DNA of 64,000 bases from Somniosus microcephalus. Lineage: Eukaryota. Within the stretch, counting starts at the first letter, position 1; each line of letters starts with the position of its first letter. Location: positions 31,186,001-31,250,000 of the forward strand of contig JBMRGM010000043.1 in the NCBI GenBank assembly GCA_052327205.1, given 5' to 3'. The notes under the pieces were generated by a model that did not search any database, was not told the DNA's origin, and saw nothing but the letters and a program-made list of their open reading frames with translations. Below, in pieces: positions 52,340-64,000 of the stretch. The position numbers and the translations under genes are program-made.

Positions 52340-52960
52340 AAATGAGTAATTATATGGATTGATAAAAAAACAGTTCTTTGATGAAGTAACAGCAAGTGTT
52401 GATGAAATTAGTGCGTTAATGTTGTGTATAGGCTTTCAAAAAGCGCTTAATGAAGTTCCACATAACAGATTTGTTAGCAAAATTGAAATCCATGTGAATA
52501 AGGGGAAGTGGCAGTGTGGATAAGAAATGGACTGAGACAAATAGCAGAGATTGGTTGTGAAGTGAATATTCAGTGGTGTCTCGCAGAGGTCTGTATTGGG
52601 ACCTCTGTTCTGTCTGATAATTATATATCACTAGGACTTGGGTATACAGGGGTACAATTACAAACCTTGCAGAAGTCATGAAGCTCGGAAATGTAGCTAG
52701 CAATGCGAAAGATAGAAACAGACATCAGAAGGATAAAGACAGACTGGTGAAATGGGCAGACACATGGCTGATGCAAATTAATGCTGGAAATTGCAAAGGA
52801 CATTTACTAAAAGTGCACCAGGGACACGGGATTTCAGTTGCATGGAGAAACGAGAGCTGTTCTCCTTTGAGCACAGAAGTTTAAGGTGTGACTTGATAGA
52901 GGTGTTCAAAATCATGAAAGGTTATGATACAGTAAATAAGGAGACACTGTTTAAATTTAA
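52340..52960 (+). mobile_element. Old degenerate CR1 RT fragment (paralogous pieces at ~17300 and ~43020)
   Basis: FQKALNEVPH, DRLVKWADTWLMQIN, DLIEVFKIMKG. Confidence 0.75.
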
Positions 52961-53290
52961 GCTAATTGATAGATTTAAAACGCCTACCGCCTGATACAGG
53001 GAGGCGATTGTGCCGCCCAAACATTGGTCCTTGTGAAAATGGTAGGGGGCAGAGTGTCGGCGTTAAATGGATGGTAAGTCTACCGACCCCATGTCGAGGC
53101 CATTACCACCCGATTTCAGCAAGTTAATTTCACTTCATGAATAGAAATTTCGATCAATAGACACCCGATATGTCGCACCTGGTTGGGACACTGAGTAGAA
53201 ATTACCCACTGTACTTACTACAGTGTATAGTGCAAAGACTGGAAGTTTCCAAATTTCTAATCATAAATTCCATTTATTGTCTTTCTGCAG

Positions 53291-53542
53291 CTCCTGGGCC
53301 GGAAGTGCTGGTTAGTTTTCCCAGCAGTGGTGTGGTAAAGGAAGGAGAGGAATTTAAGCTGCAGTGTCGATACAGTGGCAAAGCTATTTACACTAATTGG
53401 TTAAAAAATAATATACATTTACATGAACTTCAGAGTGAGTTTTATGAATCACTAGCAGACAGCAGCAGTGGAGGCTCTTACCAGTGTGATGTATGGTCAA
53501 ACAAATCGGAGAGGAGTGAGGCTCTGGAAGTGGTCACAATCG
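53291..53542 (+). CDS. Gene C Ig domain 1 (FcR D1-like)
   Basis: PEVLVSFPSSGVVKEGEEFKLQC...WLKN...SGGSYQC; 252 nt; paralog of 19215-19469. Confidence 0.88.
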
Positions 53543-53594
53543 GTAGGTGAACTTTGACACTTAATATCATAGAAAATAGACAAAAGACAGAATA

Positions 53595-53950
53595 ATAAGC
53601 ATTCATATAGCGTCTATCACGACCTCCGATTGCACTTCACAGACAATTAAGTACTTTTCAATATAGTCACTGATGTAACGTGAGATAAGTGACAGCTAGT
53701 TCGGGCAGAGCAAAGCTCCCACAAAGAGCATTGTAATAATGACCAGATCATTTTACACTTCTATGCTTGCTCTAATGATTGCTCTTTCAATTATTTTTGT
53801 TGGATTTTTGACGTCCATCTAAGTGGGGATATGGGGCCTCAGTATAATGTCTCATTGGAAAGGAACCGTTTCCTGCAATAACGACACCGGGAGTCTCTGG
53901 TGTGGGATTCGAACCAACGCCTTATTGTCGCAGAGGCGATTGAGCCACGC
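53595..53950 (-). mobile_element. Degenerate Deu-SINE-like element
   Basis: Reverse-complement similarity to the 15927 SINE head and tail. Confidence 0.6.
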
Positions 53951-54539
53951 CTACTGTTGATTATTGGCTGCTGAGTCAAACCGCTGGAAGTGGCCACCAT
54001 CAGTCGGTGAACTTTGACCCATAGTCAGCTCAGCTCTTGTCACGAAAATTTACGCTTTTAAAGAGGACTCTCAGTATATATTGTGGGACAGTGTATCAAA
54101 CATATTACTTACTTGAGCAAAATTGCCAAGTGGACACTGGGATGAATGATACCATTCTGCCGCAACTCCCTTCAACCAGCTCTGCTCTAAATAGAACAAT
54201 CCCAGCTCCTTTAGTCTCACCACACCCAATGAACAAATACCAGTCGTTCCTTGAGAGAGTACCGAGTTTGTTGCTGATTTGTAGAATCGGGTTTCGAAGT
54301 AAAAGTTATTTGATGAACGTTTGAAGGACAACATACGGGGCATCAGCTGAACATAAGAAGGGACACGTGACTTTCTAATGCCACATTTGTCTCTACAGCT
54401 TTTCGGGTTATAGGCCTGTTGTTCTTTACTGAAGTGATTACTATAGATGCACTCTAATGGAAATATACTATAGGATGTCATACCTGTAGTTTAACATATT
54501 ACAATTTGTACTTACTTAATATTTCTTACATATTTTCAG

Positions 54540-54800
54540 CTTCTGATATGATTTTAACTCTTGAAGTAAAACCAAGAGCCACGTTGTCAGGTGAAAGTAT
54601 TATCCTGAATTGTTTGGTGTCTGACCAGAAAGGGAGAGGATACTTCCTGTGGTATCGGAAAGAAGAGATAATACATGGAAGTTCTCAATCTCAGTACATC
54701 ATAACTAAAGCAGAAATTGCAGATGGGGCATCTTATCGGTGTGAATGCAAAATAGGCTACAGGAAGTGGGTCTCGCAGGAAGTAAACCTCACCGTAACAG
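54540..54800 (+). CDS. Gene C Ig domain 2
   Basis: LTLEVKPRATLSGESIILNC...WYRKEE...DGASYRC; 261 nt; paralog of 21265-21531. Confidence 0.88.
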
Positions 54801-56381
54801 GTTGGTCGCTGGCTTTGCTGTTTTCCTCCCAAAGTTGCTGCTTGTTAATTTGCTGAAAGATAGAAAACGATGCGAAGAACATTCTTTGGCTGGACAATTT
54901 TTGTTTAAGTTGGTAAATATTTGCAATTACTGGGAAAACATTCCAAGCTGTGCATTGTAGGCAAGCTTCTGGGTCGCATGTGGCAAAATCAGACACTGCG
55001 TTAACTGTAAGGGCCCCATGAATCCGTAGGAGTGCATGTCTCCTTCTCGGTTGCTCCTGAGAATTATCGGGAAATGTCGTTGGAGTTCATCTGCATTTCA
55101 TTTCCGTGCTCTCACGCTGCTGGGCGATTGCATGGGCATCCCCGTGCTCATATCATTAGGCCTGCATATGGGCTAGTAATAAGAGGGTGGTTAGAATGTG
55201 GAACTCGCTCCCACAGGGAGTAGTTGAGGGAACTGCAATTAAGGTGAAGCTAGATAATTACATGAGCGAGAAAGGAATTTAAGGATATCTTGATGGGGTA
55301 GATGATGAAGGCTGGGAAGAGACCCGTGTGGAAGATAAGCACCTGCATGGACCTATTGGGCCGAATGGCCTGGCTCTCTGCTGTAAATACCGTGTACAAT
55401 GTACTATGAGTCTGGAGGGATGTTTCTGGTCTTCCACAAAAGTTTCCTATTCATTTACAATGGCGGACCCCAAGAGAGGAGGGCTCTTGAAGGACACTGG
55501 TGGTGGAGCTTTCGTCCGCTTAATCTGCCAACCAAAGTCCTTGTGAGGATCCAAGGGCATCCTAAAGTGGTAACAAGGTAGGTAGTTATTTGAATTAAAT
55601 TCTCACACCCCAAACTCCTGCCTGTCGATCGTAGGTATTGGAAGATTTTGAACTGCTAATCTTTGGCTGCAACCAGAAAGCCCCATTTCAAAGTTAACAT
55701 GAGTCTCCTGGCAGTGATCTCGGTCCTACTGATGTGTATGCAAACCAACGTAAGACCATCCCAACATAGGCGGATTTGATGCTAATGGATGGAAGATTGT
55801 AGCTGGTTCAGGCTTATAGCTGAGGCCTGGAATATTTGGGGCACTCTTTACCTTAAGTTCACAATGCACCAAGGCACCTTGTGCCCACTGGCCGATTCAG
55901 AAGGCAAAATGAGCTGGATGCACTCCTTCCAGAATCTGGTGCTGTGGATGGAATGCTCCTCAAAAAATCCGGCGTAATTTCCTTCTTTTGAAATCAAAAG
56001 TATACATATACGGCGGGTTCAGTGAGCAATAAGTGATCCTTTGTGCCGGATTTTCTATTCCCTTTTCTGCTTATGAGTTTCTTAACCACCGTACCCAACA
56101 TAGATTATTTTCAGTGTTCCAACCTAAGAGTAGCTGGGCCAAATGGTGGGGAAGTGCTGCAGGAGGAGAGCAATATCAATGAACCCAAATTGGAACCATC
56201 AGTATATTCAACAGCAACTGTCCACTGCTTCCTTTCTGTTCTGTATTTGCCCCAGCCTGGATTGGATTTGGGATTGGGATTATATAACGTGTCCAATGTA
56301 TTCGGGCTGTTGTCGAAGCAGTTCTTCGTTTGATTTAATCATTTGTTAAACTAAACTATGAAATATTGTTCCCAACATTAG

Positions 56382-56636
56382 ATGGCGATGTGGCCTTCCA
56401 GGTCGGCCCACCTTCGGTTTTGGAAGGAGATGTTCTGAATCTGAATTGTCGGTACAGAAAATATTATTTGTGGAAAGATGTTGGCTTTTACAAAGGAAAT
56501 AGAAGGATCCACTCAATGAAGTTGTATTATTGGAACGCTCTGCATAGCATTAGGGTGAATAGTTCAAAAGACAGTGGATCATACCATTGTACTATTGACG
56601 AGAAAATTTCTCGAAGTGTTCATGTTCACGTTCACG
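56382..56636 (+). CDS. Gene C Ig domain 3 (FcR D2-type)
   Basis: VAFQVGPPSVLEGDVLNLNC...KDVGFYKG...KDSGSYHC resembles the FcR D2 pattern (LLLQ..VFEGD.L.LRC..V.F.+.G..KDSGSYxC); 255 nt. Confidence 0.88.
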
Positions 56637-57685
56637 GTACGTATGCAAAATTTCAATTGGTGATATCCCTCTTTAATATTTATAAATATTACTGGTCCGA
56701 GAATTTCTGAATCTGTACAAAATTATATATAGTTCTGTGATCTCGGAATAATTTGTTCACGTTAGGTCATATGATGTTTATCTAACAACGTGCTACTTTA
56801 GTCGATATTTAACACGGGCGGGTCTCCTCCCATGCCAGCTCCAGCAGATTTCTTTCTCCTCCCAACCCACCTTTGAGGAGAATTTGGCGGCTTCCTCCAT
56901 TACCACCATGTGACATCTAGAGGCTGACGGGCAGTTTTCTGCCACGAAACCGAAATTTGATGCTGCCTCTGTCCTTAATAAGCACGATGAGTATATTTGA
57001 CATAAAGTACCAGCAGGTCCTCGTGAGACCCTGGAACGTCAGTGGTCGGTCCGCTGACGAACATTGTGGAAGGATAGAATAAGCAGTGTGCTCCTCTCCA
57101 CTCTGTTTTGCTATTTTCACTTACGTGTTTGGCGCAAACTTCGCCACAGACCCCTAATAAACTATGGGAGCAGATTCCCTTGGATGCCCTTGTCATCGCA
57201 GCGGGTGTGTTATATCATCACTGATCCATCACCCTGGCCGTGAGAATCTGGAGTCTTTGTAAATTCAGATGGTGACAACGGAGCAGGGGGCTTTGTTGGG
57301 GACAGAGCGATTTTGCTGCGACCAATTGTGGAGTTCACCGTGGTCATAATAGATGGTGAGACACGGCAGATAATGGCTAAAAGAGAAAAGAGCTATGGGA
57401 GGATTCCTGCTGAAATATAAGTCTTGTCCTGGTTGGAATTTCTGTTTCAGCACTTTATATTAAGCAGATTAAGATCTCCGCAAACAAAGCAGCGAGAGGA
57501 ATTCCACAACAATATAGTAATGCTTCCTGCTCTAGTGTTCCACAATACAGCTGCTAGTTACCGTTAATTGTAGACGCCCCTCGTGGCGATTTGCGGTATT
57601 GCCTTGCTCCTATTAAAAAGCTCTGCTGTCTGTTTAACTCAGTGATAGGAAATGTTACCTGTCAATCCAGATTCTGCTTTCACAG

Positions 57686-57961
57686 AACTCTTCTCCAAAC
57701 CTAAACTGAGGACTGACCCTGCAGTTGAAATATTTGAGGGACACCAGTTAGTATTCATCTGTATTATTGAAACAATGCCGTACAGTAATGGGCTTCAATA
57801 CTCATTTTACAAAAATGGCGAAGCTCTGATATTGACTTCATACAACACATTTAAGCTCAGGGAGACAGCTTCTTTGAAGGACTCGGGGACTTACCTGTGT
57901 GAAGCAAATATTTCCTACCGCGTTGTGAAAAAGAGTGATGAGGTTTCCATTGTGGTTAAAG
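57686..57961 (+). CDS. Gene C Ig domain 4 (FcR D3-type)
   Basis: ELFSKPKLRTDP..IFEGHQLVFIC...LQYSFYKNG...DSGTYLCEA...VVKKS is the FcgammaRI/FCRL D3 signature; 276 nt. Confidence 0.9.
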
Positions 57962-59290
57962 GTAAGGACAGCCAGCTGTAATTATTGTTGAATGAAAGAA
58001 TTCTTCAGGGGATTATACTTAAATAGACATACGAGAGGGATCCAGTCTGGTAAAGGATTTACCCACAAGTTTATCACGTAATAATCAATTTTGAATGCAA
58101 CCTGCTAAATGACAGCGCCACCTGGTTCTTACACTATCCATACATTTGCTGAAAACCGAAGTTTTAAAAGCTGCTACGTTTGAGGACCAGCGCCCACTCC
58201 CAGTGGGTAATAGTAGCTTCCTGAAATAGTGTGGAATTGGGCGATATTGAATTTATCTCCCATTATATGTCCCGACCGTTTTTGCATCCATTGATCTTCA
58301 ATGGACAGGAATATCGCGCGTAGTGTAGAATTGGTGCAAGATTCGATGCCGTGCATTTTAACCCATAGCCCCAAGGTAAAGTTACCTTCCCTGTTTCTAA
58401 CTGGCATATTCAGCAGCGAGCAGAACCTGGTCAGGAACAGCAGGGTGATTAATCAGCCAATGCCTTACCACTTACTAGCCCCGGAAATCTTTTATAGTTG
58501 AAAACTCGGGGGTAAAATTTAACATTGAGAGCGCTAAAACTGAACGGCAGAAAATTGAATTGAAATTGGCCTGTGTTTATAAAGGGTGAGCAATCTGCTA
58601 CCACCGGTTTTTTACCCCAGACAAACTTGAATTTTCACCCCCTCCAATTTCAGTAGCGGTGGATGCAAAATGCCCGAGGTCACTAACGTCTGTGCCTCTG
58701 GTGCCCGGGGATTCCTTCCCAATCTTTTAGATCCGACCAATCATAACTCGAGCTTCGCATTTTCAATGGAGCAGGCAATCTGAAAACAAGGTGGGAGTTA
58801 TCAATCCTGTGTCGGCAGTGGATTTCAGAAAAATTGTATTGATAGTAGCTGAGCGTTTAACATGAAGGTCCTAAAATTTGCAGTTGCTGCCACAACGACC
58901 AAGGATATTTCAGTATTTAAGACCCGGGAGTAAAGCATCGCCTGGGCTGAGAGCTGAGTTCAAATGATGGGGTTGTGGGGTTGGGGTGTTGGGGGATAAT
59001 CTCACAGGACCCGCAGGATGTTTCTTCCATTCATTTCAATGGAAGGGTTAACTTGTTCCCAAATCTAGCCACGACAGGATGTTCAGACCTCAAGTGATAA
59101 CTGTGTCAAGGTCCCGAACTGCATATTCCCGTAGCAGAGCGCAATCAAAGATTATTGAAAGCCTCTTTCTCTGAGCTGCTGTCGGCTTTTCATTCTTCTG
59201 CTCATTAACGTGAGTTGTCCAAACACATAAATTGTTAAGTCTGTGATGGATGTGGAACCCGGAAAATCCATGCATTATTCTATTTTATAG

Positions 59291-59569
59291 AGGTCTTCTC
59301 CATACCTACACTGAGGGCTGAGTCTGGAGCTCAATTATTTGTGGACCAACAGTTAAATCTCGCCTGTTTGGTTAAAATATTTCGATCCAATACTTCCTTG
59401 AGACTCGTATTTTACAAAGATGGACAATCTCTCACTTCAGCGGCAGACAACAACTATTACATCAAGAAGGCATCTCGGCCGGACGATTCGGGGAATTACT
59501 GGAGCGAAGCAACTACTTTGAACAGTGAGGTGAAGAAACTGAGTAATCAGGTTTCCGTTTCAGTCAGAT
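59291..59569 (+). CDS. Gene C Ig domain 5 (second D3-type; F-strand Cys>Ser)
   Basis: EVFSIPTLRAE...LNLAC...LRLVFYKDG...DDSGNYWSEATT...VKKLS; 279 nt, open, canonical splice sites. Confidence 0.78.
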
Positions 59570-60641
59570 GTGAGTACAATTTAAGACAATGTTATAACAC
59601 TTTTAAAGAGAACATGAAAATCATAGAATACAGGTAGCGTACACCAGGGAAGTAAAAGTGTATTCACCAGGATAGACTTGAGGTATTGGGACTAACACTA
59701 CCGGGTTAGCCATAGCTAAAGGTTATTTCATTAGTGGTTTTTAAATGCAAATTCCGAAATTGGGCGATTAGGGAAAGATATTTTCTCTGATTGCGAAGAC
59801 AGGAAGGAGGGATCAGTAATGTATAATTATCATTAAAGCGGGAGGGTAGCGCTTAGAAGGACGTTCTTTATATAGACGAGTGCTGGAACATAGAATGATT
59901 TGCCAGGTGGAGCGGTGGAGTTAGATAGAATTTTACAGTGAACATGAGGCTAGTGGCAGTGCCCTCGGGCCTACTGATGTGCGCCTGTCACTGCCCTACA
60001 GAAACCAGCGTAAGCCCGTCCCAACATAGGCAGATCTCTTGCTAATGGATGAGAGAGTGTAGCTGAATCAGGCATGTAGCTGAGGCCAGGAAGGTTTGGC
60101 GCACTCTTTCCTTATCGTCACAACGCAACTCGGGCACTGTGTGCCCTCTGGGAGGCTCAGAAATCAAAAGGAGCTGGATGCACACCTTCCATAATCTGGT
60201 CGGAGGGGGGGATGGAATGCACCTCACAGAATCCGGTGGAGTTTCCTTCTGTTGAGATCAATGGAGTACATTTACTGTGAGTTCGGTAAGCAATAAGTGA
60301 TCACTAGTGCTAGATTTTCTAATCCCTTATGTGCTCGGGCGTTGCTTAACCGTCGTTCCCAAAATAGTTTATTTTCAGTGTATCAAACTAAGAAGAGCTG
60401 GGCCAAATGGTGGGGAGCTGCTGCACGAGGATAGATTATCAATAAACCCCATTTACAACCATCAGTAAATTCAACACCACCCGACTGCTGTTTCCTTTCT
60501 GTTCTTCTTTTTCCCAGACTTGCCTGGAGTTGGGATTGGGGTTTTCTCGTGTCCAATGTATACGGGCTGTTGTGGAGCAGTTCTCAGTTTGAGTTAAGCA
60601 TTTGTTAAGCTAAAACCGCCACATTTTGTTCCCAACATTAG

Positions 60642-60899
60642 ATCGCAAAGTGGCCTTCAATGTCGACCCACCTTCGGTTTTGGAAGGAGGTGTTCTGAAT
60701 CTGAATTGTTGGTTCAGAATGCATTATTGGAGGCATAAAGATGTTGGCTTTTACAAGGGCAATATAAGGATTCACTCAATGAAGTTGACCGATCGGAGAG
60801 CTCTGCATAGCATTAGAGTGAATAGTTCAAAAGACAGCAGATCATACCATTGCACTGTTGGCAATAAGGAATCACGAAGTGTTCATGTTCACGTTCAAG
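60642..60899 (+). CDS. Gene C Ig domain 6 (duplicate of the D2-type exon)
   Basis: VAFNVDPPSVLEGGVLNLNC...KDSRSYHC; 258 nt; close paralog of 56382-56636. Confidence 0.85.
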
Positions 60900-61035
60900 G
60901 TACGTCGGCAATATTTCAATTGGCGATATCGCTCTTGGATATTTATCCATATTACAGGTCCGAGAGGTTCTGAATCTGTCCACATTTATGCATAGCTGTG
61001 TGAGCTCGGAAGAATTTGTTCGTGTTAGGTCATAG

Positions 61036-61754
61036 AGGCCTTGAATTTCCGTTCGGCGGTTTCCTGCCGGTAGATGCCTCCAATCGGAAACAAATCTACG
61101 AACTTACCTGCTGGTTTGGAGAGCCCGAGGCTTCCGATCCTGGGCCTCTCCTGTTGGAAATGCGCAGAGGCCCAGGTATCCCAGGGGCACATACGGTTTG
61201 CAAGCGCTCCTGGGATCACGTGAGAAAGGCGAACAAATCAAAGAAGGGAATCCCCCTTCATACATTTGACAGGTCTGTAGGGACTGAACTGTCAAAAGTA
61301 TGATTGGGAACCACATTTAAAAACACACTAAAACAGTAAATAAACTATTTAAAATTACAAAATTAAAATGAATTAAAATTCCATTTAATTAAATATTTTA
61401 AACATAATTTATAGAAAAAAAATTAAACATTTTTACTGGGCTATAAATAATTTACCGTTTCAAGAGTATTTCTAACTTATAAGTGAGTGATCAAATTTGT
61501 TATTTCTAACTTTCATCACTCTTATGCCTACTTTTACCAGTCGGACGAATTCTACAGCCTTTCAGCTGCCGGAAGTTGTGCAAACTCTCCAGCCACAGAG
61601 GCTCTTTTCTTGGGCAAGTGGATCATCTGTCAAGAGAATTCTTGACAGATCGCAGGTGCCGGTTTTAAGCGCATACCTGAAATCGGTACCTGCAAGGCCC
61701 CTATGGGTGAGTACACAGCTCGTATGCACCCGTGGGGGTTGGAAAACTTGGCCC
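61036..61754 (-). mobile_element. MITE-like element, copy 3 (inverted, more diverged)
   Basis: Reverse-complement similarity to copies 1 and 2; absent from the paralogous intron near 56770. Confidence 0.72.
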
Positions 61755-62569
61755 ATGATGGCTGTCTAACACCGTGCTACTTTAGCCAATAATTAACCCA
61801 GGGTGGGTCTCCTCCCGTGCTAACGCCGGCAGCTTTCTTTCTCCTCCCGCCCCACCTCAGAGGAGAATTTGGCGGCTTCCCATTACCAGCCTGTTACATC
61901 AAGAGGCTGACGGGGAGTATTCCCCCACTAAACCGAAATATGATGGTGCCTCTCTCCCTAACAACCACGATGATGAGTTGACAAAATGCACCAGCAGGTA
62001 CTCCTGAAAATTCAGTGGTGGGTCCGCTGATGGACTGTGTGGAAGGACACAATAAGCAGTGTGCTCCTCTCCCCTCTCTTTTGCCCTTTCCACTTACCTG
62101 TTTGGCATAAGCTTAATCACAGGCTCCTAATAAAATCTGTACACTAATGCCATTGGATGCCCTTATCATCGCAACGGGTGAGTTATATCATCACTGATCC
62201 ATCACCCTGGCCGGGAGAATCGGGAGTCTTTTTAATTTCAGATGGTGACAGCTGAGCTGGGGGCTGGCTAGGGACAGAGCAATGTAGCTGTGGATATTGG
62301 TGGAGCTCACCCTGGTCATACTAGATGGTGAAGACGCAGCAGAGAATGGCTAAAAGAGAAAAGATCTAAGGGAGGATATTCCTGCTGATAATTAAGCCTT
62401 GCCCAGTATGGAATTCCGGTTTCAGCAGAATAAATTAAGCAGGTTAAGTTCTCCGCAAACAAAGCAGCGAGAGGAAATCCATAAAAACATAATAATGCTT
62501 CCTGCTCTAGTGATCCACAATACAGCTGCTGGTTACCATTAAGTATAGGCGCCCATCGTGGCTATTCTC

Positions 62570-63660
62570 TAGATGTAATCTCTCCAAATTTGCAGACAAC
62601 ACAAAGCTTGCTGGGCGTGTGTGCTATGAGGAGGATGCCAAGAAACTCCAGGCTGATTTGGAGAGATTGGGTGATTGGGCAAAAGCGTGGCAGATGCAAT
62701 ATAACGTGGATAAATGTGAGGTTATCCACTTTGGTGGCAAAAACAGGAAGGCAGATTATTATCTGAATCGCAATAGATTGGGAGAAGGGGAAGTGCAACG
62801 AGACCTGTTTTTCCTTGTGCACCAGTCGCTGAAGGTAAGCATGCAGGTGCAGCAGGTGGTTAAGAAGGGAATTGGCATGTTGGCCTTCGTAGCGAGATGG
62901 TTTGAGTACAGGAACAAGGATGTCTTGCTGCAGTTATACAGGGCCGTGGTGAGACCACACCTTGAGTATTGTGTGCAGTTTTGGTCAGCTTATCTGAGGA
63001 AGGATCACAGATCACAGAAACCCCACAGTGCAGATAGAGGCCATTTCGGCACATATCCCACCCAATCCCCGTAACCCCTACACCAAAACATATCCCCATT
63101 TAATCCCCCTAACACTAAGGGTCAATTTATCATAGCCAATCAACCTAACCCGCCATGGAAGGAGTTCAGCGAAGATTCACCAGGCTGATACCTGGGATGG
63201 CAGGAATGACGTATGAGGAGAGATTGGGTCGATTGGGCTTGTCCTTGCTGGAGTTTAGAAGAATGAGAGGGGATCTCATTGAAACTTATAAAATTCTGAC
63301 GGGACTGGACAGACTAGATGCAGGAAGAATGTTCCCGATGGTCGGGCAGTCCAGAACCAGGGGTCACATTCTAAGGATAAGGGGTAAGCCATTTAGGACA
63401 GCAATGAGGAGGAATTTCTTCACCCAGAGAGTGGTGAACCTGTGGAATTCTCTGCCACAGAAGGCAGTAGAGGCCAATACATTAAATATATTCAAGAAGG
63501 AGTTGTATATATTTCTTAAGGCTAAAGGGATCAAGGGGTATGGGGATAAAGCAGTGACCAGGTACTGAATTTGGTTGATCGGCCATGATCGCATTGAATG
63601 GCGGAGAAGGCTCGTGGGGCCGAATGCCAACTCCTGCTCCTATCTTCTATGTTTCTATGT
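62570..63660 (+). mobile_element. 5'-truncated CR1 with a nested inverted HE1-SINE 3' half (63005-63153)
   Basis: RPHLEYCVQFWSAYLRKD|SINE|MEGVQRRFTRL; flanked by ttctc direct repeats; absent from paralogous introns near 22220 and 57590. Confidence 0.9.
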
Positions 63661-63756
63661 TTCTCGGTATTGGCTTGCTCTTATTATCAATCTCTGCTAT
63701 TTGTTTAACACAGTGATAGGAACTGTTACCTATCAATCCATATTCTGTTTTCACAG

Positions 63757-64000
63757 AACTCTTCACCAAACCTAAACTGAGGTCTGAGCCTGCAGTTGAA
63801 ATACTTGAGGGAGACCAGTTAAAATTCATCTGTTTTATTGAAAATATACCGTCAAATATTTGCTTAAAATATTCATTTTACAAAAATGGCACAGCTCTGA
63901 TCTTGACCCCATACTACAAATATATTCTCACTGAGGCAGCTTCGTTGAAGGACTCAGGGACTTACCAGTGCGTAGCAAATGCTTTCGACTTTGGTGTGAA
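63757..64000 (+). CDS. Gene C Ig domain 7 (duplicate D3-type exon, runs off the window)
   Basis: tcacag|; ELFTKPKLRSEPAVEILEGDQLKFIC...YSFYKNG...DSGTYQCVANAFDFGV, open to the window end. Confidence 0.85.

Larger units (their letters stand above)
48005..64000 (+). other. Gene C model (5' part): multi-Ig FCRL-like receptor; join(48005-48035,51965-51994,53291-53542,54540-54800,56382-56636,57686-57961,59291-59569,60642-60899,63757->64000)
   Basis: All exons open, phase 1, with canonical AG/GT; continues beyond the window. Confidence 0.8.

Overview
Eukaryotic vertebrate genomic DNA, almost certainly a shark or other elasmobranch: it carries HE1-type V-SINE, Deu-SINE and dense CR1-type LINE repeats. 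The window holds a tandem + strand cluster of spliced Fc-receptor-like (FCRL/FcR-family) Ig-superfamily receptor genes that the ORF track mostly misses. Gene A (3' end only, 1238-9197) encodes a long cytoplasmic tail with three ITIMs and a terminal YENF, i.e. an inhibitory type. Gene B (14122-~31114) encodes a split leader, three intact Ig domains, two dead Ig pseudo-exons, a TM with an N-terminal Arg and a tyrosine-free tail, i.e. an activating type. Two body-less promoter/leader stubs lie at 38.1-47.1 kb. Gene C (48005 to window end) has at least seven Ig exons, including an internally duplicated D2-D3 cassette. Together they look like a paired inhibitory/activating receptor family under birth-and-death evolution. 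Exon boundaries were read manually from splice signals and phase; repeat boundaries are approximate.
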